64,000 bases of DNA from an uncultured Chlamydiales bacterium (GCA_963699155.1 OY969414.1:1291757-1355756), one strand, 5' to 3'; numbered from the stretch's first letter, positions 18,726 to 29,366 are shown. Notes: generated from the sequence alone by a model not told the origin. Numbers and translations are program-made.

Positions 18726-19501
18726 AGCCCGCCCAGTTTAAATTTCTGCGACAGCTCGGGCGGGGTGAAGATGCTGCGGACAATGCCCTTGAAGCGGTCT
18801 ATTTTGACACCGCGCGTCAAAATGCCATCTCTCGCGAGCGAAACTTTTCCAGTCTCCTCGGAAACGACAATAATGAGCGCATCGGTCTTTTGGCTCGCGC
18901 CTAAAGCGGCACGGTGACGCGTTCCCATCGATTTAGCAAGCTGGCTTGTTTCATGTGCAAGAGGCAGAATGGTCCCCGCAGCGACAATCGTTGTTCCTCG
19001 AATGACGACAGCCCCATCGTGGAGCGGCGTTGTCGTCATAAAAATGGTCTCTAGAAGTTCTGAAGAGAAGGCAGCGTTCATTTGCACAGAGGAGCTGGAA
19101 TACTCTTCATAGGAGTCTTGATTTTCTAAAACAACCAGTGCTCCCACCTGCTTTTCAGAAAGGCGGTAGACAGAATTGGCAAGCTCCTCCAAAAAGAGAT
19201 CAAATTCATGGACCTCTCTATATTTTTTTCCCTTAATTCTCAGTTTCGACAGAGCAAGGCGCAATTCAGGCTGGAAAATAATGAAGACTGCCAAGACGGC
19301 GACATTGACCACACTAAGCATCAATTTTTCAAGAACGGGGAAACCTAACCAAGTCGCAAGGAAAAAGATAAAGACGAAAGCGAGGAACCCGATGACCACA
19401 TCCATGGCTCTCGTTCCCCAGAAAAATTTGAGTAGGTAGTTGAACATCACCCAGATGATGATGACCTCTAAAACAGGGATCAAAAAGTGTGAAAAAGCCA
19501 T
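18716..19501 (-). CDS. dacA: Diadenylate cyclase (c-di-AMP synthase)
   Basis: Three TM helices, IIFQPELR, PLHDGA, GTRHRAA, VSEETG. Confidence 0.95.
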   Translation of the reverse strand: MAFSHFLIPVLEVIIIWVMFNYLLKFFWGTRAMDVVIGFLAFVFIFFLATWLGFPVLEKLMLSVVNVAVLAVFIIFQPELRLALSKLRIKGKKYREVHEFDLFLEELANSVYRLSEKQVGALVVLENQDSYEEYSSSSVQMNAAFSSELLETIFMTTTPLHDGAVVIRGTTIVAAGTILPLAHETSQLAKSMGTRHRAALGASQKTDALIIVVSEETGKVSLARDGILTRGVKIDRFKGIVRSIFTPPELSQKFKLGGLWR

Positions 19502-19504
19502 GTC

Positions 19505-20305
19505 TTAAATTGCTTCAATAAGTTCTAAAAGAGTAACGATCTCCTTGTGCTCTGCCACATCGTGGACACGGATATAAGAAGCTCCCGCTAGGAGCGCCAT
19601 TGTATTGAGGGCTAGAGTTGTTGACAACAGTTCCGATGGCGATTTGTTAAAAATTTTCTGTAAAAACGATTTTCTCGAAAGACTGATGAGAACGGGAAAA
19701 CCCAATGCGACGATGCGGTTGAGCTCTTTCAAAATTTGCAAAACTTCATTAGGACTTTTCCCGAAAGCGCCACCACCAATTCCAGGATCTAGGATTACTT
19801 TCGAAGGGGAGATACCCTCTTCTTCGAGCAAGTGCACTCTCTGATTGAAGAAATCAAGGAGTCCCTGAACGACTCCATCGGGATAAAAGGGAGTGGGTTG
19901 TGTATGGGGCGCTCCATACATATGCATGATGCAGAGAGTGGCTCCACTTTCTCGTGCGATCCTCCGCATGCGAGGGTCAGAAAAGCCAGTGATATCGTTG
20001 ATCCAATCGACACCAGCATCTAGGGCGGCTTCAGCCACCTCTGGTTTGTAGCTGTCTATCGAAAGAGGAAGAGGGGTCTCTTTGCGGATTCCTTTGATGA
20101 CAGGAATCACGCGGCGAAGCTCTTCCTCAACGGTGATGAGAGCAGAATCTGGGCGAGTTGATTCTCCTCCGATGTCGACCACATCCGCACCTTGCTCAAA
20201 AAGGCGCACTGCATATGCAATCGCTTTTTCAGGATCGGAAAACCTCCCTCCTTCAAAATAGGAATCGGGTGTGCAGTTTAAAATCCCAACTAGTTTTTTT
20301 TTCAT
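19505..20305 (-). CDS. folP: Dihydropteroate synthase
   Basis: GILNCTPDSY, DIGGESTRP, SIDSY, ILDPGIG, SRKSF, RVHDV. Start placed at ATG 20305 (the ORF track extends to 20326). Confidence 0.93.
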   Translation of the reverse strand: MKKKLVGILNCTPDSYFEGGRFSDPEKAIAYAVRLFEQGADVVDIGGESTRPDSALITVEEELRRVIPVIKGIRKETPLPLSIDSYKPEVAEAALDAGVDWINDITGFSDPRMRRIARESGATLCIMHMYGAPHTQPTPFYPDGVVQGLLDFFNQRVHLLEEEGISPSKVILDPGIGGGAFGKSPNEVLQILKELNRIVALGFPVLISLSRKSFLQKIFNKSPSELLSTTLALNTMALLAGASYIRVHDVAEHKEIVTLLELIEAI

Positions 20306-20329
20306 CGATAAGGGATAGTATTTCATCTT

Positions 20330-21694
20330 ATGGACGTCGTTACTCTTTCACGCATCCAGTTCGGCCTCAATATCTGTTTCCACTATCTCTTTCCCCCGAT
20401 CAGTATCGGCCTTGGGGTGCTTCTCATCATGATGGAAGGAGCATATCTCCGTACGAAGAATCCTGTCTATCAAAGAATTACCCAGTTTTGGGTGAAGGTT
20501 TTTGCCATCGTCTTTGCTGTAGGTGTGGGTACGGGACTGGTCCAAGTTTTTGGTTTTGGAACAAACTGGGCCACCTTTTCCCGTTTTGTGGGAAATGTCT
20601 TTGGTAGCCTCTTGGGTGCCGAAGGGATTTTTGCCTTTTTTCTCGAATCGGGCTTTTTAGCAGTCCTCCTCTTTGGTTGGAACCGTGTCAGTCCAGCCAT
20701 GCACTTCTTTTCTACAATAATGGTCACTCTAGGAGCCCATTTTAGCGGCATTTGGATTGTGGCTGCTAATTCATGGATGCAAACACCGGCCGGACACACC
20801 ATTGTGGGCGAGGGTGAAAATCGATTGGCGCTTATCAAAAACTTCTGGGCCGTTTTTCTTAACCCCTCTACGCTCGACAGGCTTGCTCATGTCTTGTTAG
20901 CCGCATGGTTGACCGGTGCCTTTTTAGTGATCAGCGTCAGCGCCTTTTATCTGATGAAAAAGGTCCATATCGATTTCGCAGAAAAATCGATGAGGTTGGG
21001 TCTCATCGTGGCGACCATTGCGGTCATTCTGCAAGGCTTTTCGGGGGATTCCACAGGACGCGGTGTCGCTGCCAATCAGCCGATCAAGCTGGCTGCGCTC
21101 GAAGGTCTCTATAAGACGGAAAAACCCTCTCCCATGGTCCTGTTTGGGTATGTCAAACCAGAGGAGAAAAGAGTTGTAGGACCCTCTATCCCGGGATTGC
21201 TGAGCTTTCTCGTTTATAGAGATTTGACCCAAGCTGTCCCTGGGCTTGACCAATTTCCTCAAGAGCTCTGGCCCAATGTGCCTGTTGTTTTTCAGTTTTA
21301 TCGTGGCATGATCTTCATGTGGATCCTGATGCTAATTGGAGTGATTCTAGGCTGGATCGCACTCCAACGACATAAACTCGTCGAGAGCCGCTGGTCGCTG
21401 CGCTTTCTCGTCATTTCGGTGCTCTTTCCTGAAATCGCCAATCAGCTCGGCTGGTGTGCGGCCGAAATGGGAAGACAGCCCTGGGTGGTTTATGGTCTCA
21501 TGCGCACATCAGAGGGCGTTTCCCGGAACCTCAATCCCGCACATGTCTGGACCTCAATCATTCTCTTTGCTCTGATCTATTTGCTGATCTTTATTCTTTT
21601 TATCTTCCTCCTCAACCGCAAAATCCAAAAGGGGCCTGATGGAGCCGACATCGAAGAGTACCGCCACATTTCAGCACAGGTAGGAAAGCGATGA
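20330..21694 (+). CDS. cydA: Cytochrome bd ubiquinol oxidase subunit I
   Basis: LSRIQF..HYLF, FGTNW, AFFLES, ANSWMQTPAG, QPIKLAALEG, EMGRQPW. Confidence 0.97.
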   Translation: MDVVTLSRIQFGLNICFHYLFPPISIGLGVLLIMMEGAYLRTKNPVYQRITQFWVKVFAIVFAVGVGTGLVQVFGFGTNWATFSRFVGNVFGSLLGAEGIFAFFLESGFLAVLLFGWNRVSPAMHFFSTIMVTLGAHFSGIWIVAANSWMQTPAGHTIVGEGENRLALIKNFWAVFLNPSTLDRLAHVLLAAWLTGAFLVISVSAFYLMKKVHIDFAEKSMRLGLIVATIAVILQGFSGDSTGRGVAANQPIKLAALEGLYKTEKPSPMVLFGYVKPEEKRVVGPSIPGLLSFLVYRDLTQAVPGLDQFPQELWPNVPVVFQFYRGMIFMWILMLIGVILGWIALQRHKLVESRWSLRFLVISVLFPEIANQLGWCAAEMGRQPWVVYGLMRTSEGVSRNLNPAHVWTSIILFALIYLLIFILFIFLLNRKIQKGPDGADIEEYRHISAQVGKR

Positions 21695-22725
21695 TTCCCT
21701 TAGAAAGTAGCTTCATCATCTTCTGGTATATCGTCCTTGTCGCTGCAGCAGCAGCCTATGCCATGCTCGATGGTTTTGACTTAGGTGTAGGGGCACTCCA
21801 CCTCTTTGTCAGAAAGGATGAAGAGCGGCGGATCTTTCTCAATGCGATCGGTCCTGTTTGGGATGGAAACGAGGTTTGGCTTGTGATTCTCATTGGAGGT
21901 CTTTTCGCCGGTTTTCCCCTCGCTTACGCCACCCTGCTCTCCTCCTTTTATCTTCCCGTTGCCTTCTTCATTTTTGCCCTCATTTTCCGCGCAGTCGCCA
22001 TCGAATTTCGTAGTAAAGAGCCGATGCGCTGGTGGCGCAATGCGTGGGATACACTCTTTTCACTCGCAAGTCTCGCTATTGCCCTCGGTATCGGCACAGC
22101 GCTAGGTAATCTGGTCGTCGGTGTCCCTCTCAACGCTGACCACGACTATGTCGGTAAATGGGATACCTTTATCAGGCCCTATCCACTTCTCCTAGGCATT
22201 CTGACCCTCTCCCTCTTCATGATGCATGGGGCTATCTATCTCGTGATGAAAACAGAAGGAGCACTCCAAGAGAGGCTCAAAGAGTGGGTCAAATCGACTA
22301 TGATCTTCTTCATCGTCACTTATGGGATCACCACAATGGTCACCCTCATCTACCAGGATCATATGACCGAACATTTACGGGAGAGACCCTACCTCTTTGT
22401 CATCGCCCTCGCCAATATGCTCTGCATTGCTAATATCCCCCGTCTCGAGAATAAAAAATCCTATGGCTGGGCCTTCATCTTCTCCTGTCTCAACGTCGTT
22501 CTCCTGCTCACCCTCTTTGCACTCGGCTCCTTCCCCGATATCCTCCGCTCCAGCATCGACCCCGATCAGAATAGCATCACCATCTTTACCGCCGCAGCCT
22601 CACTCAAAACGCTCCAAGTCCTCGCCATCATCGTCGCCATCGGCCTCCCCTTCGTCTTCGGCTACGGCTTCTTCATCTACCGCCTCTTCCGCGGCAAGGT
22701 CCAACTCGATCACATGAGCTATTGA
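21691..22725 (+). CDS. cydB: Cytochrome bd ubiquinol oxidase subunit II
   Basis: LDGFDLGVG, IGPVWDGNEVWL, FRAVAIEFR. Confidence 0.97.
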   Translation: MIPLESSFIIFWYIVLVAAAAAYAMLDGFDLGVGALHLFVRKDEERRIFLNAIGPVWDGNEVWLVILIGGLFAGFPLAYATLLSSFYLPVAFFIFALIFRAVAIEFRSKEPMRWWRNAWDTLFSLASLAIALGIGTALGNLVVGVPLNADHDYVGKWDTFIRPYPLLLGILTLSLFMMHGAIYLVMKTEGALQERLKEWVKSTMIFFIVTYGITTMVTLIYQDHMTEHLRERPYLFVIALANMLCIANIPRLENKKSYGWAFIFSCLNVVLLLTLFALGSFPDILRSSIDPDQNSITIFTAAASLKTLQVLAIIVAIGLPFVFGYGFFIYRLFRGKVQLDHMSY

Positions 22726-24062
22726 TTCCTACTACTAGAAATTTTTAGACGCGCCCACTCGCGGAAAAACTGAGCGGGGATTAGCTTAGCTGTTTCCAGA
22801 ACTCCCTGAGGGTCACTCTTCATCTCCTGCTCTACGATGGCTAAAAAAGCGAGGCTCTTGAAAGAGTCATGTTCAATCAATAGAGCCTTTGTTTTTGCAC
22901 TTGGAATATTACCTGCAAGAGCGAGGATTTTGCTCTCTGTTATGCAGCCACTAGCATAAATTGGATAGAGGAGTGACTTACTGGTAGGAGCACGGCCATT
23001 CCCATCAAGGAAGAAAGCTATATCCTGAGCGACTAGCTCCAACGTTTGTTCCAAACCTGCTGGGTCTAGTTGGGCTTCCATACGGGCAATAGTAGCATAG
23101 ATTTCAAATATCCATCTGGTCACCCCTATCTCGTGTCGGAAGAGTCTCCTTTTCACATCTTGGATAGTCTCTAAGGCCCATTGAGGGTTTAAAGCTTGTT
23201 CTATCTTGGCAATCTCGAGTAAATAACCAATGGAATCGCCATGAGGAGAGCGGCCTAACGATTTTGCTTTGAGAAGGCTTCCCCTTGCCTCTGTGAGTTG
23301 ACCGAGTTTGATTTCTTTTTCTGCAAAGAGCAGCCAATCCCCTGCCTCAGTAGTTGAATGGAAAGAAGCTTTAGCTCGCCTTAGAGCCTCCTGACGCTCT
23401 TCCCTTCCACCAAGAGCGAAGTGCAACACGAATTGTGCCAATTCTCGTGCACCAGGGGGAAGTTCTAGAATGAGCCTCTCTGCAGTTTGGAGGAGCGGCT
23501 CTGCTAGGTCTGGATGATAACGAAGGGTTTCTTCAGTGAGATCGAGAAGGGGTACAAGCTCTCTAGGTAAAGTTTTGGGAATCGCTTCGCGCGCTAGCAG
23601 GAGGGTTCCTTTTACGCCCGCTGGATCAATTTCAGCTTCTGCTTTGATAATCTGTAAAAATAATGTGATCTTCATTGTAATACTGTCAACCTGCCCCGCT
23701 TCTATTTTGGCAAGTTGAAGAATGTTGCGCGCACGCCCAAGACGGATGGACGCATCATATTTGGCCGACTCAAGTAAATAGGCAATTCTCTCTTTTGGTT
23801 CTTCTGATAATCGAGCTACTTGACGAGCCCGGTCTACCCAAACCTGATCCAGTAAAAATGGGGCAACCCAATCTGATGAAACCGTCATGTGCTGAATCAG
23901 CACATTCGCAGGCAAAAAGCTCAAAACGTGGGCGCGGAGCTCCGAAGCGCCAAACATCACCTGATCGACAACCGCGGCTGTCTGCTCCCGCGCACCCTCT
24001 GGTTGTGGTGAAGGTTTTGCTGCTATTGCTGGTAAGCTTCCTTCTATTTTCCCAAATGACAT
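22719..24062 (-). CDS. F-box-like plus alpha-helical repeat protein (candidate effector)
   Basis: ELRAHVLSFLPANVLIQHMTVSSDW followed by repeated IAKIEQ/IARMEA/IVEQE helical units; tandem paralog upstream. Confidence 0.65.
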   Translation of the reverse strand: MSFGKIEGSLPAIAAKPSPQPEGAREQTAAVVDQVMFGASELRAHVLSFLPANVLIQHMTVSSDWVAPFLLDQVWVDRARQVARLSEEPKERIAYLLESAKYDASIRLGRARNILQLAKIEAGQVDSITMKITLFLQIIKAEAEIDPAGVKGTLLLAREAIPKTLPRELVPLLDLTEETLRYHPDLAEPLLQTAERLILELPPGARELAQFVLHFALGGREERQEALRRAKASFHSTTEAGDWLLFAEKEIKLGQLTEARGSLLKAKSLGRSPHGDSIGYLLEIAKIEQALNPQWALETIQDVKRRLFRHEIGVTRWIFEIYATIARMEAQLDPAGLEQTLELVAQDIAFFLDGNGRAPTSKSLLYPIYASGCITESKILALAGNIPSAKTKALLIEHDSFKSLAFLAIVEQEMKSDPQGVLETAKLIPAQFFREWARLKISSSRNQ

Positions 24063-24067
24063 AGTTA

Positions 24068-25395
24068 CTACTTGCTATAGGCTGAGATTTTGAGACGTGC
24101 CCACTCGCGGTAGAAGGGGTCGGAGATTAGGTTAGCAGTTTTCAGGGCTCCTTTAGGATCACTCTTCATCTCCTGCTCTACGATGGCTAAAAAAGCGAGG
24201 CTCTTGTAATGGCCAATGTCGCTAATCTGAGGAGCAACTGATTTTGCTTTTGGGATATCAACAAGAGCAAGAATTTGGGTGAATGCTCCTTTTGCTATTG
24301 TGATTTCAAACTGGGCATTGATTTGGGCGTATGTTTGATCCAAAAACAGATCTAACTGTTCAGAAGATTGTGCTAATAACGGAGTTGCTTGTCCCAACGT
24401 TTGTTCCAAACCTCCAGAATGTAATCGGGATTCAACTTGGGCAATTTTGGCAAGGGCTTGAAGTACCTCATCTACAGCTTCATCTGAAGCGGAAAGATGC
24501 GCTTTCATCTTATTGAGCGTCTCTAAAGCCCATTGAGGGTTCATCTTATGTTCAATCTCGACAATTTCCAAAAAGAAAGAAGGTGTTTGCACAACAAACA
24601 TGCCAATATTCCTTTTTGCTTTTTGAAGGCTTTGCCTTGCTTCCTCGAATTGATCTAGCTCGAACTCATTTTTTGCAAGCAACAGCCAATCTAAAGAGCT
24701 AGTTTCCGCCTCATTGCCAGGTGTCAGGAAAAAAGCTTTAACCTTGTTGAGAATTCTGAGACGTTCTTCCCTTTCTCCACGCAAGAAGCAAATCATCAAT
24801 TGTGCAACTTCTTTTTCTCGTAGCTGTGGAGCGATCTCTTCTGCAGATGGAGAAGGGGCTCAGCTTCATCTGGAACATAACGAAGGGCTTCTTGAGCAAG
24901 AAGAAGAATAAAATCAAACGCTCTGTCAGGAGGAATTTTGGAAAGAGCTTTAAGTGCTAGCTGAATGCTTTCTTTTACGCCTGCAGGATCTATTTCAGCT
25001 TCAAGTTTGATGATCTGTAAAAAAAATGCAATGCGGTCATGTAGATTAGCAATTTGAACGGCTTCACTTTTGGCAAGCTGAAGAATGGGCCTGGCGCGCT
25101 CTCTTCGGATTGAAGCTGCATGTTTAGCAGCGTCGATCAAATAAGCTACCCTACGATTAGGCTCATCTGACAATTGAGCCACTTGTTGAGCTCGATCCCC
25201 ACAGATCTGATCCAGTAAAAACGGGTTGCGCCATGTACTAGCAACCGTCATAGATGGAATCAGCGTGCCGGGAGGCAAAAAACTCTGAATAATAGGGAAG
25301 AGCTCGCCTGGGCATCGTTCACTGCCAATCTCATAGAATGTATTGCTAGCCTGATCTACACCTTGGCTGCCCGCTATTGTATTATCAAATGAAAT
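24068..25395 (-). pseudogene. Disrupted tandem paralog of 22719..24062 (frameshift near 24846; ATT at the expected start position)
   Basis: Near-identical C-terminus KSLAFLAIVEQEMKSDP...REWARLKIS. The frame is open upstream to ATT-TCA-TTT at 25395 (paralog starts ATG-TCA-TTT), preceded by GAGGA, and encodes CPGELFPIIQSFLPPGTLIPSMTVASTWR. Confidence 0.75.
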
Positions 25396-25446
25396 GATTC
25401 CTCATGAGAGTAATTTCAACTATTTTATCAAAAAATTATTTAGACA

Positions 25447-26949
25447 TTATAAAGATCTATAGGAAAGAGCTTCTGCGATGTGCTCTTCCGAGATCGTGGT
25501 TGTCTCTGAGAGATGGGCGATGGTGTGGGCCACTTTGACCAGTTTGTGGTGGGCCCGGGCTGAGAGATTGAAAGCCTCGACAGCTTCTTTGAGGAGGCTT
25601 TTGCAGGCGGGGCTGAGGGTATGGAGGGGAGGTAGGGGGTGGGAGCGAAGCCGCTCACGGGTAGCTGTCACACGCTTTTGGATGAGGTTTGAGGACTCTT
25701 CGGAGGGTGCTCCGACCATTTCTTGGTAAGTGATGGGAGGGACTTCGATGTGGAGGTCGATTCTGTCGAGGAGGGGGCCGGAGATCTTGCGGCGGTAGCG
25801 GTCGATCTGGGCTGGGGTATCGCTACAGGGCTTTTCAGGGTGGCCGTAGTAACCACAGGGACAGGGATTCATGGCGGCGATGAAGATGACATCGGTGGGG
25901 AAGCGGATCTTGCCGCCGGCACGGCTGACAGTGATTTCGCGGTCTTCGAGGGGCTGACGGAGCACCTCGAGGGTGGCTCGACCAAATTCGGGCAGCTCGT
26001 CTAGAAAGAGGACCCCTCTATGAGCTAGGGAAACCTCGCCTGGCTTAGGTGGTGAGCTACCTCCGATCATACCGACATAGCTGATGCTATGGTGTGGGGA
26101 GCGAAAAGGGCGCTTGGTGATAAGGCCCGAGCCTTGTCCGGCAAGCGAATGAATATTGGTGACCTCGAGTGCCTCTTCTGAAGAGAGCGGCGGCAAGATC
26201 CCTGCAAAGGCTTTGGCCAGCATCGTTTTTCCTGTTCCTGGCGGGCCCGACATCAAGACATTGTGGCCACCCGCTGCAGCGATCTCCAAAGCCCGTTTGG
26301 CATGTGTCTGACCTTTGATTGATGCCATGTCTAGCAACACTTCTACGCTCCCGGGCTCAGCGGAGGCGATGTCAAACAACCCTACGGCCTGCGCGCTTCT
26401 TGCATTTGCGGTTTGAGCTGCTGGCACATGCAAACGCTGCCCTTTGAAGTAGCTCACAAGCTCTGTCAAGTGGCGTAAAGGGACGATCTCGATCTCTTTG
26501 ACAAGTGCCGCTTCTTGATAGTTGTCAAAGGGAAGCAGCACGCCTCTCTTGCCTAGCTTTTTCGCCAGGAGGGTGAGGGCGAGGGCGCCATGGATGGGGC
26601 GAATGTCGCCCGATAGGCTCAGTTCGCCGCCAACGAGGTAGTTTTCTAGAGTGGAAGTGGGAAAGGCTCCCTGGCCTGCTAGGATGCCTACAGCGATAGG
26701 AAGATCATAAAAAGCGCCTACTTTTTTGATTTCTGCAGGGCCGAGATGGACCATGCCTGAGATGCCTTCCGATTTGAATCCTGAGTTTTTTATCGCATGA
26801 ATGACGCGGTCCTTGGACTCTTTGACAGCGGTGTCGGGTAAGCCGACGATGCGAAGAAGGGTTTGTGAAGGGATGAGGTCGATCTCTACGTCGATGAGAA
26901 CGGCTTCTAAGCCGATGAAAGCTGCTGAGAAGAGCTTAACGAGAGGCAT
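25447..26949 (-). CDS. comM: YifB/ComM Mg-chelatase-like AAA+ ATPase
   Basis: IVGLPDTAVKESKDR, YDLPIA, GPPGTGKT, RPFRSPHH, GEVSLAHRGVLFLDE, AMNPCPCG, SGPLLDRID. Start likely ATG 26949. Confidence 0.93.
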   Translation of the reverse strand: MPLVKLFSAAFIGLEAVLIDVEIDLIPSQTLLRIVGLPDTAVKESKDRVIHAIKNSGFKSEGISGMVHLGPAEIKKVGAFYDLPIAVGILAGQGAFPTSTLENYLVGGELSLSGDIRPIHGALALTLLAKKLGKRGVLLPFDNYQEAALVKEIEIVPLRHLTELVSYFKGQRLHVPAAQTANARSAQAVGLFDIASAEPGSVEVLLDMASIKGQTHAKRALEIAAAGGHNVLMSGPPGTGKTMLAKAFAGILPPLSSEEALEVTNIHSLAGQGSGLITKRPFRSPHHSISYVGMIGGSSPPKPGEVSLAHRGVLFLDELPEFGRATLEVLRQPLEDREITVSRAGGKIRFPTDVIFIAAMNPCPCGYYGHPEKPCSDTPAQIDRYRRKISGPLLDRIDLHIEVPPITYQEMVGAPSEESSNLIQKRVTATRERLRSHPLPPLHTLSPACKSLLKEAVEAFNLSARAHHKLVKVAHTIAHLSETTTISEEHIAEALSYRSL

Positions 26950-27020
26950 AGAAGATGGCCCGGGCTGTGACCTGAGGGCTTGCAAGAACCCGGGCCGGTC
27001 TGGCCCGGGACATTATGGCG

Positions 27021-28343
27021 TTATTCCACATGGATGACAAAGTAGGCGGGGAAGGCGAAGTTGTGGTTGGGGCGTGGAGCGGCGACCACGCTGACTTTTT
27101 TGCCTACGACATTCTCCAAATTGATTTGGGTGCTGTAAAGGAAGGCGATGGGGAGGTTGTCGCTCTTGAGTAGAAAATCCCCTGGGCGGTTTTTAACGGG
27201 CCTTGTGTAGGGCTCGACAGTACCGCTCAAGACAGTCGCGTTGTCTTTCTCTTCCGCATAAAACTCCTCTATCGTTTTTTCACTATTGGCAGCAGCCCAG
27301 AGGTGGTAGAGAGACTCTTCTAAAGGCTGCCAGGCCATCATTTTTTCTGTAATTTCATCTTGAGGAGAGGTGAGCCCCACTACTTCAGAAGCTGCTGAGG
27401 CCACTTCTGAAACGGCCTTTTCAGTGGAAGGTGAGCTTTTCAAATCGACGCCCAGCTTAGCCAGCTTGTCACTATGCGTTTGGTTGAAGAGACGATTTTC
27501 TGTTTTCCCTTCGAGGAAAGCGACCTTCTTTTCGATGTAGATATCTTGAAAAAGGCGCTGCGCCTCTTTGATCTGATCGGCGACTGCGGGCACATCTTTA
27601 TAATTTTTGGAGATGAGATCGAACTTCTCGTTGATTTTATCCAGGTCGACCTGCTCAAAAGGCTTGTGAACTTCAGCATGGGCAAAGAGGGCAGCTGCTT
27701 GAAGATGGTGGGCAGCTTCGGCGCGCTTCTTTTCCACAGTGGCAATCAAACTGAGATTCCCTTTTTTCTCGATATACTCTTTCGCGATGAAGAAGCGGGC
27801 ATTGTCGGGAAGATTGATCGTCAGCCATTTGGGATTGACATCACTCACAGAGTAGGAGATCTTCTCGCCACGATTCAGCTGGGCAACGATCGGAGCTTCG
27901 ATGTCAGGATAGAGGCGGACGTTGACTCGTTCGCCCTCAACTGCGCCATCTAAAATAAAGGTGCGGAAGACATATCCTTTCATCCCTTTAGGAGCGGAGA
28001 CGGCGTAGTATTCATTCGTTTCACCCATCACGGCAAACATTTCGCCCGGGCTGGTTTCACGCACGACATGGGATTCGAGGGTAGGTTGTGTACGCATTCT
28101 CACTTTAGCTCCCACTACAGCGCCTGTGAAAGGGTCAAAGGGGCCTTTAGGTGTCAGGGCGACCTTTTTTTCCGTCGGAGGAGTGGCTTTGGGTTGAACA
28201 GCTACTTCAGGAGCAGGTGTGACAATTTCAGCGACAGCTGTTTCAATGGGAACAATTTCTGCAGATATTTCTTCTACTGCACTTGCCTGCAAGGTTACTG
28301 TCAGTAGGGCGCAGTTAAAAAGAAAGAACGACTTACGTAACAT
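27021..28343 (-). CDS. Secreted tandem bacterial-SH3 protein (CT017-like)
   Basis: Signal peptide after an AGGAG RBS at ATG 28343; KVRMRTQP and RVNVRLYP SH3b starts; VKNRPGDFLL, RPNHNFAFPAY; chlamydial synteny. Confidence 0.8.
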   Translation of the reverse strand: MLRKSFFLFNCALLTVTLQASAVEEISAEIVPIETAVAEIVTPAPEVAVQPKATPPTEKKVALTPKGPFDPFTGAVVGAKVRMRTQPTLESHVVRETSPGEMFAVMGETNEYYAVSAPKGMKGYVFRTFILDGAVEGERVNVRLYPDIEAPIVAQLNRGEKISYSVSDVNPKWLTINLPDNARFFIAKEYIEKKGNLSLIATVEKKRAEAAHHLQAAALFAHAEVHKPFEQVDLDKINEKFDLISKNYKDVPAVADQIKEAQRLFQDIYIEKKVAFLEGKTENRLFNQTHSDKLAKLGVDLKSSPSTEKAVSEVASAASEVVGLTSPQDEITEKMMAWQPLEESLYHLWAAANSEKTIEEFYAEEKDNATVLSGTVEPYTRPVKNRPGDFLLKSDNLPIAFLYSTQINLENVVGKKVSVVAAPRPNHNFAFPAYFVIHVE

Positions 28344-28461
28344 GGGTATCTCTCCTACAAAGAGTTTTACCCAAGTTTTTACTGCTTCTTTACGTATTTC
28401 GCAAGAGAAAAGAGGGGATGGGGTGCTCTCGTTTAGATGTGAACTCGCGTGCGAGGGCCTG

Positions 28462-29220
28462 CTACGTATAGAGCACTGCTTTGATGTGGTCACAGTGGGG
28501 TTGTCCGCAGGTGCATCCGATGGGCGTACCCAAGAAGACGCTATACTGCTCTTTGGGGTCGAGAGGATTGGTCACTGTGTAGAGCTTCTCGCCCTTCTTC
28601 TCAATCTCCCAATCACGGAAGGCAAGCTCCGCATCGCTGACAGGCTGATCGATCGCACTGATCTCTTCCTCTTTGTCCCCATTATGAATGACTCTAGCCA
28701 CTTGACAGTGGGGACAGTTGCAGTGCTGTTCAGGCTTGGGGAAGGCTACCGTCTCCCCATTGGAGAGCATTTTGATCATGCCGGAAATTTTCTCTAAAAC
28801 TTCCGCGGGCATATCAGGGGCGTTGGCTTGCGAGGCATTGTGATGGAGCGCTTCCATTCCTGGCATTCCCTCGATTCCAGAAATTCCGAAACGAATCGGC
28901 ATCTGGATCAACTGCTCAGGAGAGAGTCCTGTCATCTGCTGCAGCAAGCTGCTTAAGTTTTTAGACTCATCGCCAATTCTAAGGCGTTGAGATTGTGAAC
29001 TCTTTGTCTCTAAGTGTTTCACGTGGGCCGAGAAGGCGATGTCGATCAAGGAGGAATCGAGATGGGGGATCTGAACGACTTTCCCTTCCGCAAGATGGAT
29101 GATTAAACTAAAGAGTTGGCTGTTAGGCTCTTCTTCAGATTGTAGAAAGGTGACTTGATCCCAAGTAGTTGAAATATAAGGTGGAATGCAAATTAGTTTT
29201 TCATCAATCTTGATTTTCAT
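28462..29220 (-). CDS. Conserved chlamydial protein (CT016-like) with Cys/His metal-binding motifs
   Basis: MKIKIDEKLICIPPYISTTW, HCNCPHCQ, GCTCGQPHCDHIKAVL. Confidence 0.8.
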   Translation of the reverse strand: MKIKIDEKLICIPPYISTTWDQVTFLQSEEEPNSQLFSLIIHLAEGKVVQIPHLDSSLIDIAFSAHVKHLETKSSQSQRLRIGDESKNLSSLLQQMTGLSPEQLIQMPIRFGISGIEGMPGMEALHHNASQANAPDMPAEVLEKISGMIKMLSNGETVAFPKPEQHCNCPHCQVARVIHNGDKEEEISAIDQPVSDAELAFRDWEIEKKGEKLYTVTNPLDPKEQYSVFLGTPIGCTCGQPHCDHIKAVLYT

Positions 29221-29366
29221 AAACTAGCCTAAAAGCGTTAATTGAATAACTACCTATAGTTTACCTGAAGCGGCGATTTCAAGCAACAAATTTTAGCAGA
29301 CAAGGCCTTCAAGTGCTAATTTTCTTTGGTTGAAGAGATTTAAAGAGGACGATATACAGGGTTTTT

